Source of the DNA: Bacteroidales bacterium
Lineage (GTDB): Bacteria > Bacteroidota > Bacteroidia > Bacteroidales > VadinHA17
Direction: 5' to 3'
DNA: 64,000 nt
Assembly: GCA_025454795.1 (NCBI GenBank)
Contig: JALONT010000009.1
Location: 8,827 to 72,826, forward strand
In this document: piece after piece, positions 9,828 to 17,722 of the stretch
Layout of the letters: each line of letters opens with the position of its first letter
Position numbering within the stretch: position 1 is the first letter of the stretch
The notes under the pieces: generated by a model
The model's input: only the letters and a program-made list of their open reading frames with translations
Database searches by the model: none
Told to the model about the DNA's origin: nothing
Made by a program: the position numbers and the translations under genes

Positions 9828-9855
9828 AAAAAAAAGACCCCAGTGAAGCGGGGTC
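9828..9855 (-). terminator. Rho-independent terminator of tkt
   Basis: On the minus strand GACCCC-gcttcact-GGGGTC is followed by T8 (A-run 9828..9835 on plus), 19 nt downstream of the tkt stop. Confidence 0.55.
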
Positions 9856-9873
9856 AAAGAATGATCACAATGT

Positions 9874-11916
9874 TTACTTTTTGTAAAGAATCAGGTAATC
9901 CTTTACCTGACGGCAAACATTCTCAGCAGTAAAACCGAATTTTTCATCAAGTACTTTATATGGTGCGGAATACCCAAAGGTATTGACTCCCCAAACCCTG
10001 CCTTTCGGACCGACAAATCCATGCAATGTCACAGCTAATCCTGCTGTCAGACCAAATACCGGTATATTATCAGGAATAATTGATTTACGGTAAAATTCAT
10101 GTTCACCCCTGAATATTCCTTCCGATGGAGCAGAAACTATTCTTACTTTCATATTATCTTTTCTAAGCAGAACAGCTCCTTCGATAAGAGTAGCAACTTC
10201 AGAACCGCTTGCAACCAGAATAATATCGGGTTTTTCGGGACAATCCTGTACGATATAAGCACCATGTTTCGATTTAAGAGCATCGGAAAACCTGTCATTA
10301 TTATCGGATGGAAGATCTTTTATATTTTGTCTGGAAAGTATAAGAGCAGTAGGTGTTTTCCTGTTCTCAAGAGCCATTTTCCAGGCAACTGTTGTTTCTG
10401 CACCATCGGCAGGACGAATGACAAGGATGCTGTTTTGCCCATGGTGGTTCTTTACGTGTTCCATAAGCCTTATCTGGGCTTCCTGTTCCACAGGTTGATG
10501 AGTAGGGCCATCTTCTCCTACCCTGAAAGCGTCATGTGTCCAGATATAAATTACCGGCAATCCCATCAGGCAGGCAAGACGAACAGCCGGCTTCATATAA
10601 TCGGAGAAAACGAAGAATGTACCACATGCAGGAATTACCCCTCCGTGAAGTGCCATCCCATTCATAACTGCAGCCATCGTCAGTTCCGAAACTCCAGCCT
10701 GAAGAAAAGCTCCTGAAAAATCATCTTTTTTAAATGCCTTTGTGTTTTTCAGAAAACCGTCTGTTTTATCAGAATTTGAGAGGTCGGCTGATGCAACTAC
10801 CATGTTCTCAACTTTTTTGGCAAGTATACCAAGAACAGCAGCCGATGCTGCTCTTGTAGCTGAACCCTCTTTCTGCTGTATCGCTTTGAAATCAATATCA
10901 GGAACATCGCCGGAAAGGAAAAGGTGCAGTTTTTTATCGAGTTCACCATTATCTGCTGCCCATTTGGTTTTTTTAATTTTCCACTCAGCAGCCTGTCTTA
11001 TTTTTGAATCGAGAACTTTTTGATAGTGCTCTTTCACTTCATCAAAAATTCTGAAAGGATCAGAAATATCACCTCCAAGGTTAATCAGTGACTTTTCAAA
11101 TGATCCTCCGGCTTCGCTTACCGGCATTCCATGAGTTGATGTTTTTCTTTCAAAACTCTTGCCGTCATTATCAAGCAGCCCTTTGCCCATAATTGTTTTT
11201 CCTATAATCAATACAGGCTTATCCTCTGATTTTACAGCAGTTGACAGTGCATTTCTGATCTGGTCGTGATCATTGCCATCGATGGTGATGACATCCCATC
11301 CCCATGAACGGTACTTCATTTCCGTGTCTTCACAGGTTACGGCATTTGTTTCAGTAGAGAGCTGGATATCATTTGAATCATAGAACATTACAAGGTTACT
11401 GAGCCCGAGATACCCGGCAAGCCTGCCTGCTCCCTGGGATATCTCTTCCTGTACACCACCGTCAGATATGAACGTGTATATTTTATGTGAAAACAATTCA
11501 CCAAATCTTGCCACCAGAAATCGTTCGGCAATTGCTGCGCCAACTGCTATTGTATGACCCTGCCCAAGAGGACCTGAAGTGTTCTCGATACCCCGCGATA
11601 CATCTAGTTCAGGATGGCCCGGTGTCGGACTTCCCCACTGACGGAACTGCTTCAGTTCATCAACTTTGAAATGCCCGGTCAGAGTCAGGATAGAATAAAG
11701 CATTGGTGACATATGGCCCGGATCAAGAAAGAACCTGTCGCGGTTGATCCATTTCGGATCCGACGGATCAAAATTCAGAAATTCTGAAAAGAGAATATGG
11801 ATAAAATCAGCTCCACCCATTGCTCCTCCGGGATGTCCTGATTTTGATTTCTCGACCATCGACATTGCCAGGATGCGGATATTGTCGGCAGCAAGTTTGT
11901 TTACATCAACACTCAT
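9874..11916 (-). CDS. tkt: Transketolase
   Basis: Motifs SGHPGGAMGGADF, GPLGQGH and the pyrimidine-binding and C-terminal domains. I place the start at the internal ATG at 11916 (MSVDVNKLAADNIR...), because the 43-codon upstream extension in the ORF track runs into a repeat region. Confidence 0.9.
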   Translation of the reverse strand: MSVDVNKLAADNIRILAMSMVEKSKSGHPGGAMGGADFIHILFSEFLNFDPSDPKWINRDRFFLDPGHMSPMLYSILTLTGHFKVDELKQFRQWGSPTPGHPELDVSRGIENTSGPLGQGHTIAVGAAIAERFLVARFGELFSHKIYTFISDGGVQEEISQGAGRLAGYLGLSNLVMFYDSNDIQLSTETNAVTCEDTEMKYRSWGWDVITIDGNDHDQIRNALSTAVKSEDKPVLIIGKTIMGKGLLDNDGKSFERKTSTHGMPVSEAGGSFEKSLINLGGDISDPFRIFDEVKEHYQKVLDSKIRQAAEWKIKKTKWAADNGELDKKLHLFLSGDVPDIDFKAIQQKEGSATRAASAAVLGILAKKVENMVVASADLSNSDKTDGFLKNTKAFKKDDFSGAFLQAGVSELTMAAVMNGMALHGGVIPACGTFFVFSDYMKPAVRLACLMGLPVIYIWTHDAFRVGEDGPTHQPVEQEAQIRLMEHVKNHHGQNSILVIRPADGAETTVAWKMALENRKTPTALILSRQNIKDLPSDNNDRFSDALKSKHGAYIVQDCPEKPDIILVASGSEVATLIEGAVLLRKDNMKVRIVSAPSEGIFRGEHEFYRKSIIPDNIPVFGLTAGLAVTLHGFVGPKGRVWGVNTFGYSAPYKVLDEKFGFTAENVCRQVKDYLILYKK

Positions 11917-12025
11917 TGGAAATATTTTACCTTGTTTAACTTTTAAGGAAACAAAAATAGAATTATTTACTGATAGAAAAAAATTAACCGCAGAGGTCGC
12001 ATAGTACCCATAGAAATCGCGATTA

Positions 12026-12098
12026 CGCAAAGATCGCAAAGACATGAATTATAAATTTTCAACTTTGCGTACTTTGCGCCTTCTTAGCATGCTTTGCG
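12026..12098. repeat. Inverted word cluster: CGCAAAG x2 facing CTTTGCG x3
   Basis: CGCAAAG at 12026 and 12035; CTTTGCG at 12063, 12072 and 12092. It can fold as a ~16-bp interrupted hairpin directly downstream of the last gene of the hydrogenase operon, so it may act as its terminator. Confidence 0.8.
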
Positions 12099-12144
12099 GT
12101 TAAATTGACTTCTTTTATAGTCCTTAATGCAACGCAGAAATGCA

Positions 12145-12561
12145 TTATAGATATTTCCTGTCCTCCTCCGGGACTTCGAAATACTTATCGTATATCTTGA
12201 CATCGGGGCCTGTCTTTCCCTCTACCTTATCACCCCTGATCTTATAGGTGCATTTCTCTCCGGCAATACCTGAAAAATAAATATTAAACTCTTTCTTGTC
12301 ATCATCAACCATTATGATCCTTACAAGGTGTTTATACTTTGCACTGTTTAACTGTGAGTGACAGATAGGACAGGTATAAGTATACTCTTCCCCTTCTTCG
12401 ATCCTGAATGAAGGATGCGTGGTGGTCACGTAATTGCCAATCTCGGGATTCAGGAAAATCAATCCTCTTTCGGAACCGTTTACTTTTGAAGCAGCAAGGA
12501 CAATAGAGGTTTTTACGTTAAGAAGTCCCCTGCAAACTTTACATAAATATTCAGTAGCCAT
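12145..12561 (-). CDS. Zinc-ribbon-like protein of unknown function, last gene of the hydrogenase operon
   Basis: 138 aa with two CxxC knuckles (CKVC at residues 7-10, CPIC at 74-77). Its start overlaps the stop of the maturation protease gene by 11 nt. I recognise no family. Confidence 0.6.
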   Translation of the reverse strand: MATEYLCKVCRGLLNVKTSIVLAASKVNGSERGLIFLNPEIGNYVTTTHPSFRIEEGEEYTYTCPICHSQLNSAKYKHLVRIIMVDDDKKEFNIYFSGIAGEKCTYKIRGDKVEGKTGPDVKIYDKYFEVPEEDRKYL

Positions 12562-13018
12562 GATGTACCTCCTGTTTATTTATTTGTTTAATAATATGTT
12601 CAGCAACATTCTTTACAAGATACGAAATATTTTCACCAAAGTCAATTTTTTCTGGCTGGATTCCCATTATAAAAACGGGCATATCGAAAAACTCAGATAA
12701 ACGTCTGACGGAAATATTGTGGGTATTGAATGTCAGATCCTCTATCTCGCAAATATCCAATAATTTAAATGTACCCGGGGGCGAATTCATTTCAAGACAA
12801 TCAATGAGAATAAGTAAATCGGGATTCAGGCAGTTTATTTTTCCTATATAGTTTTCAATACTGGTTTCTGCATTAAGAGCTGATATGTTTCCTCTGGTTA
12901 TTATTCTACTGCTTATATAAACACCAACACCATCATCCATTTTAAGGAGATTGCCTATTCCGACAAAAAGTATTTTTTCCCCTTTTCGTTCAAGCAGTCT
13001 ATGCAGGTCATCAAACAC
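12551..13018 (-). CDS. hycI: [NiFe] hydrogenase maturation endopeptidase (HycI-type)
   Basis: 155 aa. GIGNLLKMDDGVG motif plus the downstream Asp (LILIDC) and His (NTHNIS) positions typical of HycI/HybD proteases. Confidence 0.85.
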   Translation of the reverse strand: MFDDLHRLLERKGEKILFVGIGNLLKMDDGVGVYISSRIITRGNISALNAETSIENYIGKINCLNPDLLILIDCLEMNSPPGTFKLLDICEIEDLTFNTHNISVRRLSEFFDMPVFIMGIQPEKIDFGENISYLVKNVAEHIIKQINKQEVHHGY

Positions 13019-13631
13019 CTTTGTATAAGTATTTTACAAGAATCATTCTCAGGCAATTAGGACAAATGATATTGAACATATCCTTTCTTTTCAGATGGTC
13101 CTTTATTTCTACACCGATATCCTGCCCGTCTGCCAGCTTAAGTTTCTGGTTAAGTATGTTGAGATTCAGAATTGAAGAAAATGCTTTTGTACCAAGCTTC
13201 CTGTGCATGTAATGCAAATGCTCTTTTGTAGTAATCACTGCACCACAACTTTCACAAATCAGCAGCTCTTTTTCCTGATATTCAATACTTTTTGACTTAT
13301 CAAATACTGCCAGGTCGTATATCTTATCTGATAGTTTTACTCCCTTCCTGGTAATACAATGTTCCTGACACTGACCACAGAAGATACATTTCCCGTAATC
13401 TCTTTTAATTATCCTGATACCTTTTTCTTTGTCATCTGTAAAAGTTATTGCCTGGGGAGGACAAACATTTGCACATGTCTCGCATCCCACACAGTTCTCG
13501 TTATCAACGACAGGTTTGCCTCTGAAATTTTCAAAGGGGATGTGAGGCTCCTGTGGAAATTTTGATGTATAGGCCGGTGTAACCAGCGAAATAATTGCCT
13601 CTCTTAATTCACGTATCTTTGGATACTTCAT
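13011..13631 (-). CDS. 2x[4Fe-4S] ferredoxin-like subunit (NuoI/MbhN/HycF-like) with a Cys-containing C-terminal extension
   Basis: Cluster motifs CVGCETCANVCP and CIFCGQCQEHC. An extra ~80 aa carries CESCG...CPNC. Confidence 0.8.
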   Translation of the reverse strand: MKYPKIRELREAIISLVTPAYTSKFPQEPHIPFENFRGKPVVDNENCVGCETCANVCPPQAITFTDDKEKGIRIIKRDYGKCIFCGQCQEHCITRKGVKLSDKIYDLAVFDKSKSIEYQEKELLICESCGAVITTKEHLHYMHRKLGTKAFSSILNLNILNQKLKLADGQDIGVEIKDHLKRKDMFNIICPNCLRMILVKYLYKGV

Positions 13632-13945
13632 TTCACAGAATCTTTATAATCGTCCTTTACGGTTCTTTTGTCAAGTTTTGCACCGAAGTGATATGCACCG
13701 TGAATGAGTGCATGAGCTGCTACGGTTGAACTGAAAAAGATTATCGGTATGGCAAGCAGCGATTTAAAAAACGCATCACCTATTCCAAAATGAAAAGCAG
13801 CTCCAAGCAATATGCTGCAACACCCCAGTGTTACACATTTTGTAGCTGACTGGAGCCTGTTATAAACATCAGGGAGACGGATCAGTCCTATACATCCGAA
13901 AATGTTGAATAAGACACCTATACATATTAATATAACAGCTATCAT
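13628..13945 (-). CDS. mrpG: Mrp antiporter subunit G-like (MbhC-like)
   Basis: 105 aa, 3 TM helices, GLIRLPDVYNRLQSATKCVTLG motif. Confidence 0.8.
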   Translation of the reverse strand: MIAVILICIGVLFNIFGCIGLIRLPDVYNRLQSATKCVTLGCCSILLGAAFHFGIGDAFFKSLLAIPIIFFSSTVAAHALIHGAYHFGAKLDKRTVKDDYKDSVK

Positions 13946-13946
13946 A

Positions 13947-14213
13947 TTACTCGTTTAGTTTTTTGCCAGTGAGGTATTTTGCCAATGTAAGTGTTCCAAT
14001 AAAACTCAGAATGATCCAGGCGATGCCGATATCAAGAATAAAAGATCTTTCTGTCAGGATGGCTATTATAGCACATATACCCACGACAAGAATACCAAAG
14101 ATATCAATACCGACCATCCGGTCAGGGATAGTGGGGCCGCGAATGATCCTGTACAAACAGACACCGCTCAACCCTATCTGAATGTAAAGCAATATGTTGA
14201 GTAATTCAGTCAT
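13947..14213 (-). CDS. mrpF: Mrp antiporter subunit F-like (MbhB-like)
   Basis: 88 aa, RIIRGPTIPDRMVGIDI motif. Confidence 0.8.
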   Translation of the reverse strand: MTELLNILLYIQIGLSGVCLYRIIRGPTIPDRMVGIDIFGILVVGICAIIAILTERSFILDIGIAWIILSFIGTLTLAKYLTGKKLNE

Positions 14214-14698
14214 TCGATTATATTTTTAATGTACTTTTCAAATTTCCCGGTAATCATTCTTGTATATACATCAGGATTATCTGATCTTACATAAATCCAG
14301 TGCACAAAGAGATTATCGCCGATTATATCCACTGTGATGGTACCCGGAGTCATCGTTATTGAATTTGCAAGAAGAGTCCTCGCCAGTTCTGAATTAAGCG
14401 TTGTTTTTACTTTTACTATTCCCGGTTTAATCGGCATTGCAGGATGAAGCACCCTGTAGGCAACATCAAAGTTTGCCTTTATGCATTCCCATATAAAAAC
14501 GACGAGGTACACCAGTAACCAGAAATAGCGCTGTGGTTGTAAAAGTTTATAAACATTCGTTATAAAAAATCTTCCAAAGAACAAAGCACAGATTCCTGAA
14601 GCAACAGTCCCTACAATAATATTGGGAAGAGTCAGCTTAAATGTCAGAAGAAGCCAGAATACCAGTGATAATATAAACAGTGTAATATATTTCATCAT
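14210..14698 (-). CDS. mrpE: Mrp antiporter subunit E-like (MbhA-like)
   Basis: ANSITMTPGTITVD motif. The likely start is the internal MMKYITLF rather than the ORF-track start at 14728. Confidence 0.75.
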   Translation of the reverse strand: MMKYITLFILSLVFWLLLTFKLTLPNIIVGTVASGICALFFGRFFITNVYKLLQPQRYFWLLVYLVVFIWECIKANFDVAYRVLHPAMPIKPGIVKVKTTLNSELARTLLANSITMTPGTITVDIIGDNLFVHWIYVRSDNPDVYTRMITGKFEKYIKNIIE

Positions 14699-14790
14699 AA
14701 AACAATTTATTCTAAAGGTATGATGCAACCTCCATGTGGTTGATTACTATTTTATTATGTTTTAATATGTAAATACATGGAGGTTTCATC

Positions 14791-16326
14791 CTATTGTCCG
14801 ATTATTGTTGATGAGTATTTTAACGGGTCAGTAAGAATATTTATAGCCGGAGTCAGTATTGTTTCCCTGATTTCCGGTATAATCAGCAGGCTGAGCATCA
14901 GACATATAATACTCAGAATGACCATGCTGAAAACCATCGGGAATGGAACTTCTTTTATCTTATCCCTTTTAATATCTGATTTATTATAGAATGCATACCG
15001 CTGGAATTTAAGGAATGAAGCAAGGGTAATTATGCTGACAATTACTGCAAGAACTGCCAGCAGATAAAACCTTGCCATTACAGCAGCAATTATGATGACC
15101 AGTTTACTGAAAAATCCGTTAAATGGAGGTATACCTGATATAGACATTGATGCAACAAATGAAGTGGCTGATGTAGCAGGCATATCTTTGGCCAATCCGC
15201 CCATCTCCTTAAGATCACGGGTGCCAATAGTATATTCTATTGCTCCGGCATTCAGAAACAGTAATCCCTTAAAAGCAGCATGGTTAATTAGATGGAAAAT
15301 TCCCCCGGTAATTGCAAGAGCCGCAACTTCAGGTTTGATGCCCCTGGAGACAAGTATCATTCCAATACCTACAGAAAGAACTACATACCCCATCTGGCTT
15401 ATACTGTGATATGCAAGAAGCCTTTTAATATCCCATTGACCAATAGCCAGGAAGACACCTATAACCATCGATAATGTTCCGAGTGTAGTTATCAGGATTG
15501 ACATGCTTTCACTAATAATGAACATATTAAAGAACAGCCTGATAATTACATATATACCGACAGCTTTTATCAGCACCCCCGAAAGCATTGCTGAAATAGG
15601 GGAGGGTGCTGATGAATGCGCATCAGGCAGCCATGCATGGAAAGGAATTATGGCTGCCTTAAGTCCAAAGCCGCTTAAAATAACTATCTGGACAAAAAGA
15701 TAATATGTTTTGTCATAGCCATTGCTGAAAGCTGTTTTAATGTCGGCAATATTCAGTGTTTTGGCTTTCCAGTAAATTAATCCGATCCCAATCAGGATTA
15801 AAAACGATGCAAGAGCTCCCAAAACCTGGTATTTGAATGAAGCTTCCAGTTCATTCTTCTCAACTCCAAAAGCTACAAGAGCATAAGATGATATGACAGA
15901 TATTTCGAGGAAAACGAAGATATTGAAAAGGTCACCGCTGATTACCACACCATTCATTCCGGCAATCATCAGGCAGAATAGAGCGTAGAAATAGTTTTCG
16001 GCAGTATATCTTTTTATGTAAGATATTGAATAGAAGGCAGATAAGAATCCGATAAGATTTATTATACAGACGATAATTGCAGTGAATCCATCCATAACCA
16101 TATAAATGCCGATCGGAACTTTGTTTACCGGCTCCCATCCGCCTACTTTATAAACATAAATGTTTTCCCCGGTTGTGAAAAGGAAATAGAAGCTGATACA
16201 AGCAAGGAACAGAAGTATAAGGGATGTGAAGTACTTGTTAAAATCACTGACGAACCTCCCGATGATCATTATCAGAAAAGCCCCGGCCAGCGGTGTTATA
16301 ACAAAAAATGGTAACAATGGATTCAT
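14791..16326 (-). CDS. mrpD: Antiporter-like subunit, MrpD/NuoM-N family (second proton/sodium-translocating subunit)
   Basis: 511 aa and polytopic. Motifs FHAWLPDAHSSAP, AYHSISQMGY, HLINHAAFKGLLFL. Confidence 0.85.
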   Translation of the reverse strand: MNPLLPFFVITPLAGAFLIMIIGRFVSDFNKYFTSLILLFLACISFYFLFTTGENIYVYKVGGWEPVNKVPIGIYMVMDGFTAIIVCIINLIGFLSAFYSISYIKRYTAENYFYALFCLMIAGMNGVVISGDLFNIFVFLEISVISSYALVAFGVEKNELEASFKYQVLGALASFLILIGIGLIYWKAKTLNIADIKTAFSNGYDKTYYLFVQIVILSGFGLKAAIIPFHAWLPDAHSSAPSPISAMLSGVLIKAVGIYVIIRLFFNMFIISESMSILITTLGTLSMVIGVFLAIGQWDIKRLLAYHSISQMGYVVLSVGIGMILVSRGIKPEVAALAITGGIFHLINHAAFKGLLFLNAGAIEYTIGTRDLKEMGGLAKDMPATSATSFVASMSISGIPPFNGFFSKLVIIIAAVMARFYLLAVLAVIVSIITLASFLKFQRYAFYNKSDIKRDKIKEVPFPMVFSMVILSIICLMLSLLIIPEIRETILTPAINILTDPLKYSSTIIGQ

Positions 16327-16329
16327 CTG

Positions 16330-16668
16330 CTATCCTCTTAAGTTTTTAATCTCTCTGATATCGAAAGTTCCGTATTTCCTGTATAGTCTGATAATTATTG
16401 TCATCAGCATAGCAGTTGTTGCCAGCCCGATAACAATAGCTGTCAGCACCATAGCCTGGGGCAAAGGATCTACATATGTTTTTACCGGATCAGCCGGATC
16501 AACTATTGGTGCAACTCCTCCGTCTACATATCCAATTAGCGCGAAAAGCAGAAAGATGCTGATTTCCATTATGGAAAGTGAAACGGCTATTTTAACAAGG
16601 TTCCTTCTTGTAATTACTCCATACAATCCCACGAGAAATAATATGAAACACATTATGTATGCTATCAT
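16330..16668 (-). CDS. mrpC: Mrp antiporter subunit C-like (NuoK/MbhG-like)
   Basis: 112 aa, 3 TM helices, NuoK-like pattern. It overlaps the upstream gene by 4 nt. Confidence 0.8.
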   Translation of the reverse strand: MIAYIMCFILFLVGLYGVITRRNLVKIAVSLSIMEISIFLLFALIGYVDGGVAPIVDPADPVKTYVDPLPQAMVLTAIVIGLATTAMLMTIIIRLYRKYGTFDIREIKNLRG

Positions 16669-17102
16669 TGCGGCGACTCCTCCTTAAAAATTATGAGTGA
16701 AAGAAATATTATAAAAATTGATGCAGCGACTTCAGTACCGACAAAAATATTATAGAGTGGTAAAACGCCGGCACTGATGAGTTGCCCGACAACACCTTTG
16801 GGAAGGAAATTACTAAAAAAGATATGGATCCCGAACAAAAAACCTGCAGTGGCAATCATAATTACCATGAGGATAGAAATGCTTTCAACTATTGTTGTCC
16901 CTGCTTCTTCCTTTACAAGTTTCAGAAAATCGCCGCCATAAGCGAGGGTAACCAGGATAAGCGATCCAGCGATAATGACTCCTCCTGCGAAGCCTCCTCC
17001 GGGAGTAAGATGGCCATGTACTATGATATAAATTCCGTACATGAAAATCATCCCCGCAATAAGCTGAGTTGTCTTTTTCACTATTAACGTCATCCCTTTC
17101 AT
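16665..17102 (-). CDS. mrpB: Mrp antiporter subunit B-like (MbhF-like)
   Basis: 145 aa, HGHLTPGGGFAGG motif. Confidence 0.8.
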   Translation of the reverse strand: MKGMTLIVKKTTQLIAGMIFMYGIYIIVHGHLTPGGGFAGGVIIAGSLILVTLAYGGDFLKLVKEEAGTTIVESISILMVIMIATAGFLFGIHIFFSNFLPKGVVGQLISAGVLPLYNIFVGTEVAASIFIIFLSLIIFKEESPQ

Positions 17103-17110
17103 TTTTCTTT

Positions 17111-17180
17111 TGTCTTTGGTCTTTGGTCTTTGGTCTTTGGTCTTTGGTCTTTGGTCTTTGGTCTTTGGTCTTTGGTCTTT
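17111..17180. repeat. Tandem heptamer array inside the hydrogenase operon (GGTCTTT x10 on plus = AAAGACC x10 on the coding strand)
   Basis: Read directly: tgtcttt followed by 9 perfect ggtcttt units. It occupies almost the whole 78-nt spacer between the stop at 17181 and the next start at 17102. Confidence 0.95.
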
Positions 17181-17708
17181 CTATTTCTTCCCTTTCAATC
17201 TTAAAATAGTCAGCACACCCAGCACTGCGGTAACCAGCACAACTGCTTCTCCCATAGTATCATATCCCCTGAAATCAAAAACAACACCGGTGACAAGATT
17301 CGCACTTCCTGTTTTATATGCAGCACCTTCAATATATGGTCCTGCCATTCTTAAAGTACTTTTCCCGAGAACATCAAGCTGTTGGATCGATGCAATAAAG
17401 AACCAGAGGAAAATAAATATCAAAATAATTCCGGTTGCGGCAGAGACATATCCCATTGTGTCAGGTTTTGAGTATTTCTCCTCCCTGGAACTGTCAAGGA
17501 CCACGGCGACCATTATTATCAGGGTAATTGTATCCACAACTATCTGGACAATAGCAAGATCAGGTGCTTTAAGCAACAGGAAGCATATTACGAGGCTGTA
17601 TCCCACAATGCCACAGGCGATTACTGAAGAGAGCAGATCTTTTGCATGAATTGCATACAAAGCTCCTAAAATCATTAATCCTGTTATTACAGATATTGCC
17701 AGTTCCAT
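17181..17708 (-). CDS. MrpA C-terminal-like membrane subunit (DUF4040 / MbhD+MbhE-like)
   Basis: 175 aa. Contains [22 protein letters not shown], the MbhE/MnhB-N type motif. Confidence 0.75.
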   Translation of the reverse strand: MELAISVITGLMILGALYAIHAKDLLSSVIACGIVGYSLVICFLLLKAPDLAIVQIVVDTITLIIMVAVVLDSSREEKYSKPDTMGYVSAATGIILIFIFLWFFIASIQQLDVLGKSTLRMAGPYIEGAAYKTGSANLVTGVVFDFRGYDTMGEAVVLVTAVLGVLTILRLKGKK

Positions 17709-17722
17709 TTAGCTTATATTAA

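Noticed and set aside
11917-12045. 43-codon N-terminal extension of transketolase in the ORF track (start 12045)
   Set aside because: The extension (MSLRSLRNRDFYGYY...) has no similarity to transketolase and reads through the CGCAAAG repeat region. The conserved protein begins at the internal ATG 11916.
17110-17649. 179-aa plus-strand ORF beginning MSLVFGLWSLVFGLWSLVFGLW
   Set aside because: Its N-terminus is just the GGTCTTT heptamer array read in frame. The rest is antisense to a well-supported MbhD/E-like membrane gene, and it resembles no protein family.
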